64,000 nucleotides of DNA, from IMG/VR virus record IMGVR_UViG_3300020219_000001; one strand, 5' to 3'. Positions 50,092 through 62,382 of this stretch are shown in pieces (position 1 is the stretch's first letter; each line of letters begins with the position of its first letter). The translations under genes and the position numbers were made by a program. Source of the DNA: an uncultured virus (IMG/VR IMGVR_UViG_3300020219_000001). Lineage: Duplodnaviria; Heunggongvirae; Uroviricota; Caudoviricetes. The notes under the pieces are model-generated. The model did not search any database, was not told where the DNA came from, and saw nothing but the letters and a program-made list of their open reading frames with translations.

Positions 50092-51086
50092 TGTGCATTG
50101 ACCAACGCATCATCGACACGCCGCTCCATAGCGAAGAGATGAAGGGACTCCTGAACCTCGTCATCGAGCGGGGCGAAGGCCGCCTCATCGAATGCCTGGA
50201 CGACGGCTTCATCCGCCTGGTGGACAAGATGGGCAGCGACGAGTCCGTGACTCGTGCCGCCCGGGTGAGCTATGGCGCTGGCACTCGCAAGGTGTCCGAC
50301 GATCGCAACCTGATCCGGTACCTGATGAGGCACAATCACACGACGCCGTTCGAGATGGTGGAGTTCGTCTTCCACGTGCGGTGCCCGATTGATGTCTTCC
50401 GCCAGTGGATTCGCCACCGTACCGCCAGCGTCAACGAGTACAGTACGCGGTACTCCGAAGCGATCGACAGCATGGCGACGGCCGAGACGTGGCGCTCGCA
50501 GGCCACGAACAACAAGCAGGGGTCCAACGGCCTGGTCGGCGACGAGTGGCCCGAGGGCTACGAGGTCAAGAGCACCGAGAAGCCTGGTGAATGGGTGGTC
50601 TCGTACCCGAACGGTGTGTGGTACGCATCCGACCGCGAGGCCCCGCCGACGCCGACCGAGTTCCTCACGCAACAGGAGATCGGCATCCACAAGCACCTCA
50701 AGCGGGTCTACGACGACCGCTTGAAGTTCGGTGTCGCCCGCGAGCAGGCCCGGAAGGACCTGCCCATGAGCAACTACACCGAGGCGTACTGGAAGTGTGA
50801 TCTGAAGAACCTGCTCGGCTTCCTGCGCTTACGCATGGACAGCCACGCACAGCTTGAGATTCGCACGTTTGCCAATGCGATGTACGAATTCATCAAGCCG
50901 CACGTGCCCGCCGTGGCTGAAGCCTTCGAGGACTACGTCCTGAACGCGATCACGTTGACTGGGCCGGAGATCGCTGAGCTTTACTCACGACTCACCGGTA
51001 ACGCCGTGGTCGGCAAGGTGATGAGTGACCGTGAGCGACAGGAATTCGTGGCCAAGTGTTCGCGCTTAGGAGTCTCCAATGCTTGA
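50091..51086 (+). CDS. thyX: Flavin-dependent thymidylate synthase
   Basis: AARVSY, HTTPFE, RQWIRHRTASVNEYSTRY, AREQAR..LP and HAQLEIR. Confidence 0.96.
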   Translation: MCIDQRIIDTPLHSEEMKGLLNLVIERGEGRLIECLDDGFIRLVDKMGSDESVTRAARVSYGAGTRKVSDDRNLIRYLMRHNHTTPFEMVEFVFHVRCPIDVFRQWIRHRTASVNEYSTRYSEAIDSMATAETWRSQATNNKQGSNGLVGDEWPEGYEVKSTEKPGEWVVSYPNGVWYASDREAPPTPTEFLTQQEIGIHKHLKRVYDDRLKFGVAREQARKDLPMSNYTEAYWKCDLKNLLGFLRLRMDSHAQLEIRTFANAMYEFIKPHVPAVAEAFEDYVLNAITLTGPEIAELYSRLTGNAVVGKVMSDRERQEFVAKCSRLGVSNA

Positions 51087-51099
51087 CGACGACCAGCTT

Positions 51100-51669
51100 C
51101 TACTCGACATCATGGACCTGTTCGCAGAGGTTGCCTGTTTTCTTGGCCAGCCGAGGAGCCTGGTAACACTCCTCTAACGGGTTGAGCCTGAGCAGCGAGC
51201 CGCGATAGGCCGCTGAGATCAACCCGTGAAGTGTCTTCTGCTCCAAGCGGACCTTCAGCCCACGAACCCGGCCGTCGATGGTGGACGTTGAACGATCCAT
51301 CTCGACGGCTATTTCGTTGATGCCCTTGTCGGCCGCGAGCAGCCGAAGTATTTCGATGTCCTGGTCCGTGAACTCGTTGAAGCACACCGGTAGAAGTTGA
51401 TTGACGGACAGTGCGGCTATACCTGGTAACTCAACTGGGAATAAGAAGGTGCGCGACCAGACCTGGCCTCTCCGCGGTGAGTCCCACCTGGAAATGAACT
51501 CGACCCGATGACCACGAAGTACGGCATCGGCAAGACGCGCTTCGGCGCTTACGCGATCCTCCTCAACGGCAAACTCTGCCAACTTTGAGTTGAGCGCGAA
51601 GTTGTCCTTGTCCGAGGTCCAGATGATCCGGGCGCGGTGATCCAACAGCTTGATGAAATGACTCTCCAT
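51100..51669 (-). CDS. PAS-like + LuxR-type HTH transcription regulator
   Basis: C-terminal T.QD.EIL.LLA...INEIA..M.RS.STI....L..RL; one of only three convincing minus-strand genes. Confidence 0.7.
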   Translation of the reverse strand: MESHFIKLLDHRARIIWTSDKDNFALNSKLAEFAVEEDRVSAEARLADAVLRGHRVEFISRWDSPRRGQVWSRTFLFPVELPGIAALSVNQLLPVCFNEFTDQDIEILRLLAADKGINEIAVEMDRSTSTIDGRVRGLKVRLEQKTLHGLISAAYRGSLLRLNPLEECYQAPRLAKKTGNLCEQVHDVE

Positions 51670-52275
51670 CGTGGGCCGACTCCTTGCCTTGAGAGCTTGT
51701 GCTTCCGCCGCCTAAAGCAGTGGCTTTGCCCCTTCGGGTGCTAGTGGAAGAATCAAGTCACTCAGGTGGGTGGCTCTGAAACGACCATTAACATTTTTAA
51801 TCTTCGGACGCTCAAGTCCGCTTCGCCCCTTTGAATCTGACGGCATGACTGGCCCGCAATAGCGGCAAAAGCTACCGGTTGTAGACATTGAGCACAAAGG
51901 GCCTGACCACAACGGCCCAGGAGGTGGGGTGCTCTCCCACCCTCCCGAGTATTGGTCGAAATCTCGTGGTGGAACCGGACACAGAATCCGGAGAATCCCG
52001 ATCGGGAACAATCCAGGACTTCATGGCCTCTCTAAGGCCCTCCTGGTGCTCGACAACAGCGTCCTGATCCCGATCGGGATCAACGCTCGTCCGCGGCCGC
52101 CGCTCTCGGCGCTGCGATCGCCGGCTCTCGCCCGGCCCCGGCCCACACGACCACATGACACCATCAAACCGGTCTAGTTGGAGTCGGACCCTCCCGGCTG
52201 ACCTCCGGCACCCCGGGGCGCTGATCCAGAGACCCCGCCCTAGAACCACTTTATTCGGACCTAGTCACTTCGCGT

Positions 52276-52303
52276 TTGACTTCGTAGTAACTTGGTACAT
52301 ACT
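52276..52303 (+). promoter_or_regulatory. Class I (early) promoter with operator GTAGTAACTTG
   Basis: TTGACT-N16-CATACT; copy 1 of 6. Confidence 0.85.
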
Positions 52304-53551
52304 TTCATTAGTCAACCAAGGCCACGGGGTAGCAACGATGGACATCGAATACGACAAGCACGGCAACATTAAGCTGCCGCGCTTCCCGAAGAACTACAAG
52401 TTTCGCGGGCCGGAATACTACGGCTGCTGTGGAACTGGACGCCGCCCGACGATCTTGAATTGTGGTGGAACGGAACGCTTCATTGTCGGTGCCGAGTCCG
52501 ACGTTGAGCAGCTACGCCTTGAGGCGTACCGATCCAAGAAGCGAACCATCCGCAAGGGCAACGCCGTGGTCTACGTCTTTAAGACTCGGCAACCGGCCGT
52601 CGCGAAGTGGACGGAACTGTGCAAGGCCGTGACGAAGTGGAACGAAGATACCCGCAACAAACACAAGGCCGACCTGGAAGCCGCGCGTCGCGGCGATACA
52701 GCGGCGGCCGGCCGACTTGGAGACTACTGCTAATGGTCACGAAGGAACAAGCCGCCGCCGCCATCCGAGTCGTGCAAGCCGTCGCGGAAGCCATCCGCGA
52801 AGCCGGGGAGATTCCCGCCGGCCACTTGTACGCCTTGATGATGAACGTCACTGATCTTGCCGGATTCGACCGCATTGTGGGCTTGCTGATCGACGCTGGC
52901 GTCGTGCTGAAGAAAGGGGACCTCCTGGTATGGCAACAGCCACAACCAAGCTGTGGGTAAGCGTTGGGCAGGCTGGCGACTACGAACCGTTCGATACGCT
53001 GGCCGACGCCGCCAAGTACATGAACAGCCTTAGCGTCGGCAAGCCGACCGGGTGGAAGTTCGGCGGGTTTGATACGCCGAACTTCTGGGGCAACGACTAC
53101 GTTTCGATCTATCACGGCGACGACGTGGGCGAATACGTCGAGCACCTCAGCGACGACGAACAATGCGAGATTTACAACCGCCTGGAGGAAGTCTACCTAT
53201 GACGAAGGCCGCCCTCAACGCGCTGGCGTACACGTACCTAACTGGCGTGATGCCGAAGTACCTGCATTCGCACACGTGGCGAGTCGTTTACAACTGCATT
53301 GAAAGCCGTGGCTTGCGGTACACGCTGAAGCCGGAATGTGTCGCGATGGTTGCCGACCATCCGCAAGTGCTGAAGCTTCGCGAACTGGAGACGGACGGGT
53401 GGAAGATTGCCAGCGACCTAGGTCGCCGCAAGGTTCGCGTTGGTATCGACCTCTATCGGGACTTGCCCGATGGCAAATACCAAAAGACGTGCGTCTATCC
53501 CGATGGAAAGCAAGGCCGAGTCTGGGGCTAGAAAAATCTTCGCGACTCGAT

Positions 53552-53579
53552 TTGACTTCCTAGTTACTTGATACATACT
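53552..53579 (+). promoter_or_regulatory. Class I promoter with operator CTAGTTACTTG
   Basis: TTGACT-N16-CATACT; copy 2. Confidence 0.85.
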
Positions 53580-54650
53580 TACATTGTGACGGGACCGAAC
53601 GGCAACACGGGAAACGCAACAATGAGCAAGCAAGTAACGAAGACGGTCTACACGTTCAAGGAACTGATCGAACTAGGGAACGCTAAGGCCATCGAGAAAG
53701 CCCGCCAGTGGTTGATCGAAGGCGCGACCGATCATGGCTGGCACGAATACACGATCGACATGTGGAAGCAAGCCCTCGCTTCGATCGGCATCGAAGACGC
53801 CGAGATTAGCTTCTCCGGCTTCTGGTCGCAAGGCGACGGAGCAAGCTTCACCGGCAAGGTGGATGCCGAGAAGTTGATTAAGTTCTTCGCGGCCGACATC
53901 AAGGCGACGGAAGGCATCGAAGTGGAAGATGGCAAGGAAGCTTTCCAGCCGTGGCTGGTCGGCAAGATCGGTGGCAAGCGGACCGTGGATTACTCGGTCC
54001 TGGACACCGAAGACCTTGTCATCGAACTGAACCGGATTAGCCACCGCTACTCGCACGTGAACACGGTCGAGTTGGTTGCCTACATGGATCGGCACGAGAA
54101 AAGCGAAGTGGTCAAGGACTTCCGTGAGGATGCCGAGTCACTCCGCAAGGAACTCTGCCGCGAGATTTACAAGTCACTGGAGACGGAATACGAGTGCCTC
54201 ACTAGCGACGAATCGCTGATCGAAAACAGCGAAGCCAACGACTACTTCTTTGACGAATTCGGGAGAAGCGAATAACCATGTTTGACCCAAACGACTTAGG
54301 CCAATTCACCGGCAGCGAACAGTGGTACCGCCACTTTCTTCGCGGCCTGATCTACACGGACGGTATTCACTACCTGGTCGAGAATGGCGCGGCCTGGTTG
54401 GTCGATGCAATCGCCAGCCATCAGATGAGCAAGAAGCTTGTCGGACCTCTCCGCGACTTCCAACTGTGGGAACTCAAGGTCAAGAACGGCAAGGCCGTGC
54501 TGACTTGCAAGGCGGATAGCGACCAGAAGCCCGTTATCACGCAACGCATCGAGTACACCGACTTCCCGATGGAACACATCACGATCTACGTCGAGCGCGG
54601 TGAGCACTTGACGATGATGCTTCCTTCGGAGCGATAGCATTCCCGTTGCC

Positions 54651-54687
54651 GCCCGGGCGGTTGAAACTCGTAGTTTCCCGCCCGGGC
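54651..54687 (+). other. Strong intergenic hairpin without U-tract (possible processing or stability element)
   Basis: GCCCGGGCGG..GAAACT-CGT-AGTTTC-CCGCCCGGGC. Confidence 0.6.
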
Positions 54688-55359
54688 ACCCGTACACAAG
54701 GAACTCCGCATGACCATCAAAGATCAAACCCGCGACTACGTCCGCACGTGGCACTCGCACGGTACGCTGTTCCGCCTAACGGCCACGGTACGCCACGACG
54801 ATCGGTGCGGCAACGGACACAACACGTTCAGCGTGACGGGGGTTATCGACCGGAAGTCTGGCCGTCACTGGCTAGATCATTCGGGCGGTTGCATTCACGA
54901 CGACATCGCGAAGCACGTTCCGGAACTCGCGACCTACCTGAAGTGGCACCTTTGTTCCACCGATGGCCCGATGCACTACATTGCGAACACGGTCTATCAG
55001 GCGGGCGACCGGGACCACTGGGGACTTCGCAAGGGGGAGTTTCGCCAGTCCGTGGATAAGGAGACTGGTAGGCTGTTGTGGGAACTTGACATCGAGAATG
55101 TAAGCCAACGTGTGGCTTGCAACCATCAACCGGACGCCGTGCAAATTGATTGGAAGCCGATCGGTCTAACGGGAGAGGGCAAGGAGCGCGACCTCAAGGC
55201 CGCACGGGAGTCGGCTATCTGGCCCGATGCGACCGACGAAGAACTCACGGCGGCCGGACTGGAGGAACGCCTTGCGGCCCGGCTGCCGGCGCTGCTGGCC
55301 GAATTCCAAGCGGCCGTTGAGAGTCTCAACCTGAATTTCTGATACAGCCCCTCCCGGGC

Positions 55360-55390
55360 AGGCCCACACTCCCCGTGGGCCTATCATTTT
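55360..55390 (+). terminator. Probable intrinsic terminator
   Basis: AGGCCCAC/GTGGGCCT hairpin followed by ATCATTTT, just before a promoter. Confidence 0.5.
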
Positions 55391-55395
55391 CTCGT

Positions 55396-55423
55396 TTGAC
55401 TTGCTAGTTACTTGGTACATACT
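55396..55423 (+). promoter_or_regulatory. Class I promoter with operator CTAGTTACTTG
   Basis: TTGACT-N16-CATACT; copy 3. Confidence 0.85.
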
Positions 55424-56969
55424 TGCATTGTAAGGCAAGCACACCACGGGAACAGCAACAATGACGAAGCTTGACGAATTCACCCGGGCCTACATCACGG
55501 CCGCCTTGTGGGCCGAAACCGGCAGCGACGATGAACCGCTTGACGACAACTACACGGTTCACGACATCAATGCCGAGACGTTGGCCCGGATGGTCGAAGA
55601 CTGCCGCGACTTCCAAGCGAAGTACGGCGAACTGATCCAAGGCATGGAAGCACAAGCCGGACACGACTTCTGGCTGACTCGCCGTGGCCACGGCTGTGGC
55701 TTCTGGGATGGTGACTGGGCCGAACTCGGCGACGAACTGACGAAGGCTGCCGAGTCTTACGGGGACATGGAACTGGACGATTACGAAGGGGTGGTCTATG
55801 CAATCTAGCTTCAACGAAGTGAAGTTCACCGACGCCGACGTGGTCAACCTGGACGACTGGATTCCGGACGGGGAATACAACCCGCACAAGGTACGGCCGT
55901 TTCTGCTGCATGACCACGGCTTCGTCGTGTGCGTCGTGTTCGCCAGCAACTTGCAAGATGCGTTAGACGCCGCTGTGGACGCCGACAAGATGGACCGCTT
56001 CCTGATCGCGGAAGCCGACTACGGCGACTACGACATTGAGGGAAACGCCGACGGCCGGGTGACCTTCCTAGGCAACGCCAGCGAGCCGTTCGACATCGAG
56101 TCACTCGACTACATCGAACTGCCGAACCCGAAACGATCCTTCGTCGCACAATTCAACAACCGGGGTGACCAATGAGCGCCTACATCTACGCTGCTGCCAT
56201 GTACTGCGAAGCGTGCGGCGAGGAACTCTGCAACACGCTACCGAAACCCGCGAACCTGGACGAACGCACCTACGATAGCGGTGACTATCCCAAAGGCCCT
56301 TACGCCAACGGTGGAGGAGAATCGGATTGCCCGGAACACTGCGCGAACTGCCATTGCTGTTTGAACAACGAACTGACCGAAGCCGGAGTCCAGTACGTCA
56401 TCGAGACCCTGGACCAGGCAATGGTCCGCGGCGCGACGACAGACGTGGAACGGGGGTGGGCCGCCCAACTCCGCGACTACTACCTCAGCAACGAACAACA
56501 ACTGACCCTGGACTGTTACCTGGAGTGCTTTGCATCATGCTCGAAGTGATCCGCGACTACTTCCGACGCCGCAAGCTACGCAAGCTTCTGGCCGATCCTC
56601 GCTTTGAATTCCGCAAGTCCGAAACGCTGGCGAAAGCCACGGGCACCGGCGGTGACAAACTGGTCGATCTACTCAAGTCGGTCGGCGCACGGCCGGCCTA
56701 CCGCAACAGCAATCTCTGGGGACCGACCGATAAGGTCGGCCTGAAGCCGCGACGGCGGCGCGACTAACAAGGGGAAGCTTACTCGTGTCGCTAACCTCAA
56801 GGGCAAGGCCGGGAGATGAGAGAATGTAACCTGTAAAGCCGTGGGGCTATGTACCATCACCAATACTGAACTGAAGAATCCGCAAGACTGAAATGGTGAA
56901 GATCGGACCCCGTAACAAGGAACTTGCCCACATGAATTAACAAAGCACAACACAACAAAAATTCTTCAA

Positions 56970-57005
56970 CGGCCGGGGTGAACCACACCCCGGCCGCAGT
57001 TTTTT
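56970..57005 (+). terminator. Intrinsic terminator
   Basis: CGGCCGGGGTG-AACCA-CACCCCGGCCG followed by CAGTTTTTT. Confidence 0.8.
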
Positions 57006-57010
57006 GGTAT

Positions 57011-57038
57011 TTGACTTTCTAGTTACTTGATACATACT
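57011..57038 (+). promoter_or_regulatory. Class I promoter with operator CTAGTTACTTG
   Basis: TTGACT-N16-CATACT; copy 4. Confidence 0.85.
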
Positions 57039-57070
57039 TGTATCAGGCAACAACAACGGGGAACCAAAAC

Positions 57071-57883
57071 ATGTGCGGACTGTTCGGTGCGGTAGGCAAG
57101 TCGATCAACCCGGGAACCATTCGGGCGCTGGCCCTGATTAACCGTGAGCGAGGGACCGACTCGCTTGGCTTCTTTGACAACAGCGGTAAGCTGGTCAAGA
57201 GTGGCAAAGACCCGATGGACGCCCTGAACAACCGGGGTATCTCCAAGTTCATCGACCACACCGGCCGCTGGTTTCTGGCTGGCCACACTCGCTACGCAAC
57301 CCGTGGTCGCGTGTGCAAGCGGAACGCCCACCCGTTCCACTACGGCAACATTGTGGGATCGCACAACGGCCACGTGACGGCCCCGAAGGGCTACCAGGTG
57401 GATAGCGAGTATCTGTTCGACCAGCTTGACTTGGCGGACGGCGACTACCAGCGGGCTTTCGCCGATGTCCAGGGCTACTGGGCGCTGACCTGGTTCGACG
57501 GCGATGCGTTCTACGCTCAGGCGCACAAGAACTCGCTGTGGTTCGGCCTGGTAGGCGATACGCTCTACTACTCATCGGACCGTGGCCACTTGCTGGCGTG
57601 CGTCGGTCGAGTGGAGTGCTTTGAACTGACCGGCGGCCGCACGCTGCAATTCACCCCGAAGGGCTACACCGAACTCCCGGCCTTCGTCCCTGCGAAGCAA
57701 ACCAAGCAGACCTCGCTGTGGGGTGAGCACGACGACAAGAACTGGTTTTACGACGAATGGGACAAGGCCGCGATGGACCTTGGTTATCTCGACATTGAAG
57801 ACCTCATGTTTACGAAGGGCTACCGCGACAAGCACGACGCCTACGAATTCATCGAAAGCTTCTGGACGAAGTTGACTTCCTAG
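57071..57883 (+). CDS. Class II (Ntn) glutamine amidotransferase-like protein
   Basis: Starts MCGLFG; RG.DS.G, GHTRYATRG, NAHPF, HNG and VDSE. Confidence 0.92.
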   Translation: MCGLFGAVGKSINPGTIRALALINRERGTDSLGFFDNSGKLVKSGKDPMDALNNRGISKFIDHTGRWFLAGHTRYATRGRVCKRNAHPFHYGNIVGSHNGHVTAPKGYQVDSEYLFDQLDLADGDYQRAFADVQGYWALTWFDGDAFYAQAHKNSLWFGLVGDTLYYSSDRGHLLACVGRVECFELTGGRTLQFTPKGYTELPAFVPAKQTKQTSLWGEHDDKNWFYDEWDKAAMDLGYLDIEDLMFTKGYRDKHDAYEFIESFWTKLTS

Positions 57884-57899
57884 TTTCTTGATACATACT
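57872..57899 (+). promoter_or_regulatory. Class I promoter with operator CTAGTTTCTTG
   Basis: TTGACT-N16-CATACT; copy 5. Confidence 0.85.
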
Positions 57900-57905
57900 T
57901 GGAGT

Positions 57906-60900
57906 ATGAGCAACTCCAATGGCTGGAACGAAACGACTGGACAAACCGACCACACCGCTTTGAAGCGGTACGTCAAGCAACTCCGCGACCCGGGCTACGT
58001 GGCCCGTGACGCCACCGAGTCGGCCCGCCTCGACCCACACGGATCGAAGGCCGGTTACTACCTTGACCTGGTCAACTACATCGGGATGCAACAATCGGGG
58101 AACCTGCGATGAAATACCGAGCCTACGTCCAGGACTTTTCGGCCGTGATCGGTCGCAACCCCGAACTCGCCGAACGGGGGAATCCGAACGGCGACATCGT
58201 CGGAACGAAGTACATCGTTATGCTGGAGCGCGAAGACGGCAAGCGACTAGCTGGCCCTGAAGTGGAGGAACGCGAAGCCGCCGAGAAGCGAGCCGCTGCA
58301 ATTCAGCGGTCGCTCGACCGCAACTGGAATCCGGAGAATGCTTTCCGGGAAGTCCCACCTGCCTACGGCAGTATTCGCTACATCGAAGTGGACTACGAAG
58401 TGAATGACGCAATCTACGAACGGAACAACGATGCTTAAAGCACTGTACCAACTGACCCTGGAGGTGGAACCGGCCGGCAGCTACGCCAGCGTGATGGAAT
58501 CGCGTACCGTGGAAGCCGAGACCGTGGCGCAGGCGCTTGCCGCCGTATGCGACTGGCCCGCGACCGCCGACAACCTGGAGTTAGGCGGGATGGCCGTTGA
58601 CCCAACAACCGGACCGCTGCTGAAACGCTGCTGGTTCGCCACACGACTGAGGTACCTACTGTGATTCCGATCGAAGACATCAAGAAGATCGCGGCCGGAG
58701 AGGAAGTGACCTTCCTGGTTAAGCCGGACCCGCCGGAGCACGTCATCAAGCGTGTGACCGCGCTGGCGGAAGTGGCCCACGGGAATTACTGGATGCGATG
58801 CGAAGAAAGTTCCGGGCGGCTGGGCCGCTGGGGAATCATCCAGATTGCGGAATTCTCCTGGAGGCGCAAGGTGCAACTGATGGTAGTCGGCCGTGGCTAC
58901 TCGCACCCGGCCGCCGAACTCGACGGAAAGAAAATCGAACTCATCCACATTCCGGAACCACCTCAGTGATTATCACCGCTGAAGCCGTCGCAGACATCAT
59001 CGCGGACGCCGTCGCCAACACCTACGTGGATGGCCCGGACTTCTACGCAATCGAAGACCTCGCCAACCGATTCGCCGCACACCTGGAGCAGACCAGCCCG
59101 GGCTTCGACCGTGAGGCGTTCCTGGAGAAGTGTGAACTCACATGAAGCAATACATCCGCCACCAACACAAGCACCACACGGAACGCTTGCACGCCGACGC
59201 TCAGGTACTCATAACACGAATGCGGACCCTGATGGAAACAATCGAGCGGGGTGGCTCGATTAACTCGCTAGGGGAAATTCAGGGGATGGCCCTGGACATC
59301 GACCGCCGCTGCGCGCAGATCGGAATTCTTCGCGAACTTCTTGACTTCCAAGAAACTTGATACATACTTGCTTGTGTAACGGGAACGCAACCAACGGGAA
59401 CACAAGCAATGCAGATCAAGAAACTGAAGAAAGCCGCCAACCCCCTCCTCACCCTTCCGCTTGGCTACTACTGGATTCGCACCCAGCACACAGACAAGCA
59501 CGTCGGGACCGTTTGGTCGCCGTGGCATCCGATCCACTTAACCGAGAATCACCAAGGTCCGGGACTGCCGGTCCGCTGGGTCAAGGAATTCCACGGATCG
59601 ACGCTGGCTGCCGCCTACGACAAGGCCGTCCTGGAAGTCCGCAAGCTGGAGGTGCCCGCCTAATGATGCACGAACTATTCATCCTTGGCTTGCCGTGCGG
59701 TGAACGCAAGGATATGACAGAAGCCGACGCCGCCGCCCGGAACCGCGACCTGTACCTAGCAGGCAAACGTAGCCAAGGATGGAAGCCGGTCACGCCGGAA
59801 CCGCGACCAGAGGTAGTGGTCCCGAAGCCGGTGGCCGCCACGGTGCCGAAGCCGCCGAAGCCTGAACGCAACGAGGAACTCGAAGCCGCGCTTGTGGCGC
59901 TTGGCTTCAAGAAGGGGGACGCCAAACGCCGTGCGGCATCGGCCCCGGCTGGAACACTTCAGGAACAGCTTGCGGGAGTCTTCGCGAAACCATGAAACTG
60001 CATAGCAACAAAGCCGAGACGGACGATAAGCGGCGCATGTTCCACTACATGTACCGGAGCGCCCAACGCTACGCCAACCGGCACAAGCAACTGGCCCGCA
60101 AGCTGAAAGCCCAACGCGCTCACCTTGACCAGCAACGTGAGGAACTCGGCGCAACGGGACTGCCGGGCTTGCTGAGTTACCCTTCGTATCTGACGAAGCA
60201 CAAGCGGAAGTACAACGTCCACTTTCAGAAGATCGAAGCCGAGCAAGCCCGACACGACGTGGAACGTCGCGAACGCGAAGCGCAAGAGCGTGCGGCAATC
60301 AAGGCGGAAGCCCGGATCGAACTGGCATCGGAGTTAATCACCGGATGAACAAACCCAACGTCGAAGATGCACGCGAAGCGTTTGACGCCCAGATTGATCG
60401 GTGGATACTCGGCGAGGTTACACCCTACGCCCAGTCGCTACTGGACAAAGCCGCCAAGCGAATGCACCGACACCGGTTGGAATTCTTTCAAGGCATGGGG
60501 CATTTCGGCTTCAGCATCGACGGCGACGTGGTCCACAAACTGAACGATGCGTTCAACTACCCAAACGAACACAACCATAGGTACGCGCGAGCGTTCCCGG
60601 AACTAGAAGAGCTACACCAACTGGCGTTTGACATCGAAGACAAGTTCAACCGCGAACTGGGTGATATGTGACCGTGGTCTACATCTGTACCAACCCGGCC
60701 GTTCAATCAGGCGACCTTGACGCCGCCTATCGGGCGGCCGCGCTTGTGCTGAAGCGGTACGGCTATGAATGCGAAGCCGATCCGAAGTGGACCCACGGCA
60801 AGTACCATCGGTACGCCCGCGTCTTCAATCATCTGGCCGTGGAACACCGCGAACTTGACGAACTCGTGCAAGTGGCAATGAGTGAAGCCGCCGTGGCGTA

Positions 60901-60928
60901 CTACCACGTGCTTAGGTTGACGGCATAA
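57906..60928 (+). other. Early-region small genes; 59663-59995 ends in a RuvA-C-terminal-like helical motif
   Basis: Coupled short ORFs; ALVALGFKKGDAKR motif. Confidence 0.6.
59341..59368 (+). promoter_or_regulatory. Class I promoter with operator CAAGAAACTTG
   Basis: TTGACT-N16-CATACT; copy 6. Confidence 0.85.
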
Positions 60929-61640
60929 CGCGCTTACCCCTTCGCGCGCTTAGGAGGACGGGTACGGGCGCTTGCGCTTACAAAGTCTCGAACACTCCGG
61001 CACACCCGGCGGCCGCCACGTCGCGGCGGTTAAGTAGGCAACCTTGCTGAAAATACCGCCGCGACAAGGGTGACCTTTAATGGCCCGGCCGTCCTAGGCC
61101 GATGATGAACTTGGCTGTGGCTCAGTGAAGCCTAGGCAAGGGGACTGGAACCCCTGCCTAGGCTTCTTTCGTTGGTGGACGCCTCCCTGGAGACCTCGAA
61201 CCCACGGACGCAACAGCGGGGCAACCAGGGGCCTTCTCCGTGGTGCCCGGCTTGCAGCCCGATGGTGGCCACGGCCGCCGATCGACGCCGCCGTGCCGGC
61301 GCTGACCAGGTGACCGACCGTCCCCGCCGCCGACCTGTCAGAAAAAGTAGCTTGTTTTTCTGACACCTGGACGCATGATGGCAGCACCTAAACCGCCTAG
61401 CAGCATGGACTTAGCCATATTGACGGTAGTTTGATGGTTCGGCCCGCCGGTCCAGAATGGTAACCGGTTCGGTGAGAGGTGGATGGCCGCCAAGGTGAGG
61501 CTCGATCCGGCCCGGCCGCGGCCGAGAATTTTGGCGACAAACCGAATTTGACTCGGTTAGAAATCCAGCCCGGTTACACCACTTATAGGGTTTGCACACG
61601 GTTAGAAATCGAGGCCCCGGCTGGACCCCGGGGGGTCGGC

Positions 61641-61865
61641 ACAACCGCTACAACCGCTACAGCCTCGACAATCGGTACAATCCACACAATCGGTAAAATC
61701 CGAACATCCGGCACAACCGGACCTGGCGGTAGGACCGGAACATTCGGAGCATCCGGAGCATCCAGGATAACCGGAACCCGCCGCGGAATCGGAACAATCG
61801 TCAAAATCGGTACTGACGGTCGGGATCGCTACAACCCGCGCGATGATCCCAACCGTCAAAACCGA
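61641..61865. repeat. Degenerate 9-nt-period tandem repeat (ACAAYCGGN / CATCCGGAN-like)
   Basis: ACAACCGCT ACAACCGCT ... ACAATCGGT ACAATCCAC ACAATCGGT AAAATCCGA. Confidence 0.7.
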
Positions 61866-61884
61866 TTCAAGCCGCAAGCGCCGC

Positions 61885-62382
61885 GACGGCCGCTGATCGG
61901 CAGCGACTCGCGAGCGACGGCCGCTGATCGGCAGCGACTCGCGACCAGGTGAGCACCTCGACCGTCGCGGGAAGATCGGCAGCAAGCGCCGACGGCCGCG
62001 ACCAGGTGAGCGCCGACGGCCGCTGATCTTCCGCACCTCGACCAGGGCGCAGCACCTCGACCAGGTGAGCGCCGCGACGGCCGCGACCAGGTGAGCACCT
62101 CGACCAGCGACGGCCGCTGATCTTCCCTCGACCGTCGCGAGCACCTCGACCAGGTGAGCGCCGACGGCCGCTGATCTTCCGCACCTCGACCAGGGCGCAG
62201 CACCTCGACCAGGGCGCAGCACCTCGACCGTCGCGGGGAAGATCGGCAGCAAGCGCCGACGGCCGCGACCAGGTGAGCACCTCGACCAGCGACGGCCGCG
62301 ACCAGGTGAGCGCCGACGGCCGCCGCTGATCGGCAGCGACTCGCGACCAGGGCGCAGCACCTCGACCAGGTGAGCGCCGCGA
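61885..62382. repeat. Modular GC-rich direct-repeat array
   Basis: About 10 GCACCTCGACC, about 8 ACCAGGTGAGC, and repeated GACGGCCGC and CTGATC units in shuffled order, with no unique spacers. Confidence 0.9.

Larger units (their letters stand above)
52338..56767 (+). other. Early-region small genes (e.g. 52338-52733, 53622-54275, 54278-54637, 54710-55342, 55461-55808, 55798-56175, 56172-56549)
   Basis: Short coupled ORFs downstream of class I promoters; 54278-54637 ends MMLPSE, a DUF6876-like pattern. Confidence 0.65.

Noticed and set aside
56857..56899. Active hammerhead ribozyme
   Set aside because: CTGAAGA...GAAA is present, but stem II pairs poorly and there is no room for stem I; kept only as a possible degenerate element.
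61885..62382. CRISPR array
   Set aside because: The repeat words are short, shuffled and contiguous; there is no constant repeat separated by unique spacers.
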